From: Caldimicrobium thiodismutans
Lineage (GTDB): Bacteria > Desulfobacterota > Thermodesulfobacteria > Thermodesulfobacteriales > Thermodesulfobacteriaceae
Direction: 5' to 3'
Assembly: GCF_001548275.1 (NCBI RefSeq)
Contig: NZ_AP014945.1
Location: 150,001-182,000 of the forward strand
Length of the DNA: 32,000 nucleotides
A program made the position numbers and the translations under genes. Positions within the stretch are counted from its first letter, which is position 1. The number at the start of each line of letters is the position of its first letter. The notes under the pieces are model-generated. The model worked only from the letters and a program-made list of their open reading frames with translations. It was not told the origin of the DNA and did no database searches. This document shows positions 30,476-32,000 of the stretch, piece after piece.

Positions 30476-31666
30476 TTATCTCATGGGAAATAGTTCTGCA
30501 CCCTGAAGAGGTGCTACTGGTTCAGTAAGAAGCATCTCGCCCCTTTGAATCCATCCCTTTAGGATTTCAGCGACTTCCTTGGATTTGATAAAGCTTGTTA
30601 TAGGAACTGTAGAAACCTCTTTGCCCAGAATATTAATTTTTCCACTTTTAAGCTCTGCATAACTAACAATACCATAATTGCGCTTTATACCATTGGGATA
30701 GTCCTGGGAGTAGTCAACTACCTGGGCGAGAAGGTCTTCATCTGAGAGACCAGCCCATTCGGCAACCTGTTCATTAAGAATAGGAATGGGTATTCCTAAA
30801 CCCACAGCTAAGGAACAGCCATATCCTAAATGACTTGTGCCAATTAACCACTCAGGTTTCATCTCCTTTAGATTGCCAAGGACCATAAGGGTTGCAGCTG
30901 GTTGAATGGGAACCCCTTTGGGACTTCGCTTGACCTCCATTTTGTGCTGGGTCCCTGCCCAGACTACATATCCCTTTGTGCCACCAAGAAAAATGCGCGT
31001 TCCAATTCCAATAGTCTTAAGATAGGGGTCTTTAAAAAGAGGTGAGAGACAACCAGCTGTAGCATAATTGGCATTACCTACATTAGGACGAAGAATTCCC
31101 ATATAAGTATAAAGTATCTTATCCGAAAGGTTGATGGCTACATTGTAATTCTGGTAACTGTTCCTTGGATTACAAAGGACTGCATTGACAAGATCATGAA
31201 TAGTAATCTCCATTTCTAAGGATTTCCTTGGGTAGCAGTGGGTTCCATAGGCTGTAGCCCTGAGTAAAAGCTTTTTTCCAGCTACAAGATCGTGGATGAC
31301 ATGGCCTCCTCCATAAAGGAATTGCCCGGGAAAGACCTTATTTAAGGGGTCATCTTCCTTGGTTTCCGTTGCCCCTATGTAAATATCAACTGCAGCAAGC
31401 CCAGCATAGGCTGGAACATCGTTTAACCAGACCCGATAGGCCTTAATGGTGGGGATGGAATGTCCAAAGTTAATAAAGGCCCCGGATGAGCACATCGGGG
31501 AAAAGGTCCCTGTAGTCACCACATCCACTTCCTTAGCTGCCTTAACCGGGCCAATCTCTTTAACAAGAACTGAAAACTCTTCAGCAGTTAAAACAACAAC
31601 CTGCCCCTTTTCTATCCTTTTATTGATCTCTTCAATACTTCTTTTCACCTTGAAATCTTCAGCCAT
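30476..31666 (-). CDS. COG1900/DUF39 homocysteine biosynthesis protein
   Basis: 396 aa. N-terminal SIEEINKRIEKGQVVVLTAEEF and overall length match the family implicated in sulfide-dependent homocysteine formation. SD TAGGAGGT precedes the ATG. Confidence 0.85.
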   Translation of the reverse strand: MAEDFKVKRSIEEINKRIEKGQVVVLTAEEFSVLVKEIGPVKAAKEVDVVTTGTFSPMCSSGAFINFGHSIPTIKAYRVWLNDVPAYAGLAAVDIYIGATETKEDDPLNKVFPGQFLYGGGHVIHDLVAGKKLLLRATAYGTHCYPRKSLEMEITIHDLVNAVLCNPRNSYQNYNVAINLSDKILYTYMGILRPNVGNANYATAGCLSPLFKDPYLKTIGIGTRIFLGGTKGYVVWAGTQHKMEVKRSPKGVPIQPAATLMVLGNLKEMKPEWLIGTSHLGYGCSLAVGLGIPIPILNEQVAEWAGLSDEDLLAQVVDYSQDYPNGIKRNYGIVSYAELKSGKINILGKEVSTVPITSFIKSKEVAEILKGWIQRGEMLLTEPVAPLQGAELFPMR

Positions 31667-31741
31667 TTTTGACCTCCTATAAAATAGAGTTAACTTATAA
31701 AAATATAAACTTTATCCGAAAGATAAAAAAAATCAAGGGCC

Positions 31742-32000
31742 CTATTCAATAAAGGCCAAAACTTTATGACCCTTGGATTCCAGGGTTGAGGCTAAACTTT
31801 CAAGGGGCATCTGTTCTAAGCGAATAAAATAAACCTTCTCTCCATTAAGACTAACATCCATCCCGATAGAGATGATTTTTCCTCCTCTTTTTTTAATCTC
31901 TTCAAGGACATCTTCTAAATGATCATCTAAGGGGACGACATCAATTCTTGAGGAGGCCTTGAGAATTCCCATAAGTTCAATGAAGGCCTCTAAAATATCT
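31742..32000 (-). CDS. 3' part of an unidentified gene, 5'-truncated by the window edge
   Basis: The frame stays open upstream of the track Met (..DILEAFIELMGILKA..) to the window end. The C-terminal roughly 75 aa look like a small regulatory alpha/beta (ACT- or CBS-associated-type) module, but this is not a confident assignment. Confidence 0.4.
   Translation of the reverse strand, partial: DILEAFIELMGILKASSRIDVVPLDDHLEDVLEEIKKRGGKIISIGMDVSLNGEKVYFIRLEQMPLESLASTLESKGHKVLAFIE

Noticed and set aside
1-32000. Mobile elements, prophage, integrases, tRNA or rRNA genes
   Set aside because: No transposase- or integrase-like ORF was seen. No terminal inverted repeats bracket a gene, and no tRNA-like or rRNA-like sequence was recognised. 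The window looks like core chromosome.

Overview
Gene-dense, AT-rich (about 40% GC by eye) chromosomal window. Protein composition and gene content suggest a thermophilic anaerobe: Lys/Glu/Ile-rich proteins, rubredoxin, a desulforedoxin-like domain, a minimal SufCB system, bifunctional FBP aldolase/phosphatase and COG1900 homocysteine synthesis. Any lineage guess, such as a Thermodesulfobacteria-like sulfate reducer, is inference only.

Layout:
- groEL 3' end, rubredoxin and mnmA.
- A nine-gene minus-strand late flagellar operon (flgF-flgG-flgA-flgH-flgI-rod-binding flgJ-like-flgN-flgK-flgL).
- A tightly packed minus-strand operon mixing RNA decay and LPS core genes (pnp-punA-rng-gmhB-heptosyltransferase).
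- sufC-sufBD-hisC.
- A roughly 1.07-kb stretch with no track ORF.
- A PAS-GAF-PAS-GGDEF(degenerate)-EAL protein.
- A minus-strand fbp-ykgJ-like-tolR/exbD-tolA/tonB cluster.
- A stand-alone FlhB C-terminal-domain protein, a small desulforedoxin-like protein, ispF, an FKBP/SlyD-type PPIase, a COG1900 protein and a partial gene at the right edge.

No rRNA, tRNA, CRISPR array, transposase or integrase was recognised.

Most unusual observations:
1. The ORF-free stretch holds two diverged tandem genes for small signal-peptide-like, Lys/Glu-rich peptides. Both are below the 60-aa track cutoff. They flank about 600 nt of highly structured non-coding sequence that has its own consensus promoter, just upstream of the c-di-GMP gene.
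2. A conserved purine-rich intergenic element of about 50-70 nt occurs three times in the same orientation.
3. FlgK is 1295 aa, with seven degenerate internal modules resembling the flagellin/hook IN motif.

None of these could be matched to a described family from sequence alone. All functional ideas are hypotheses.
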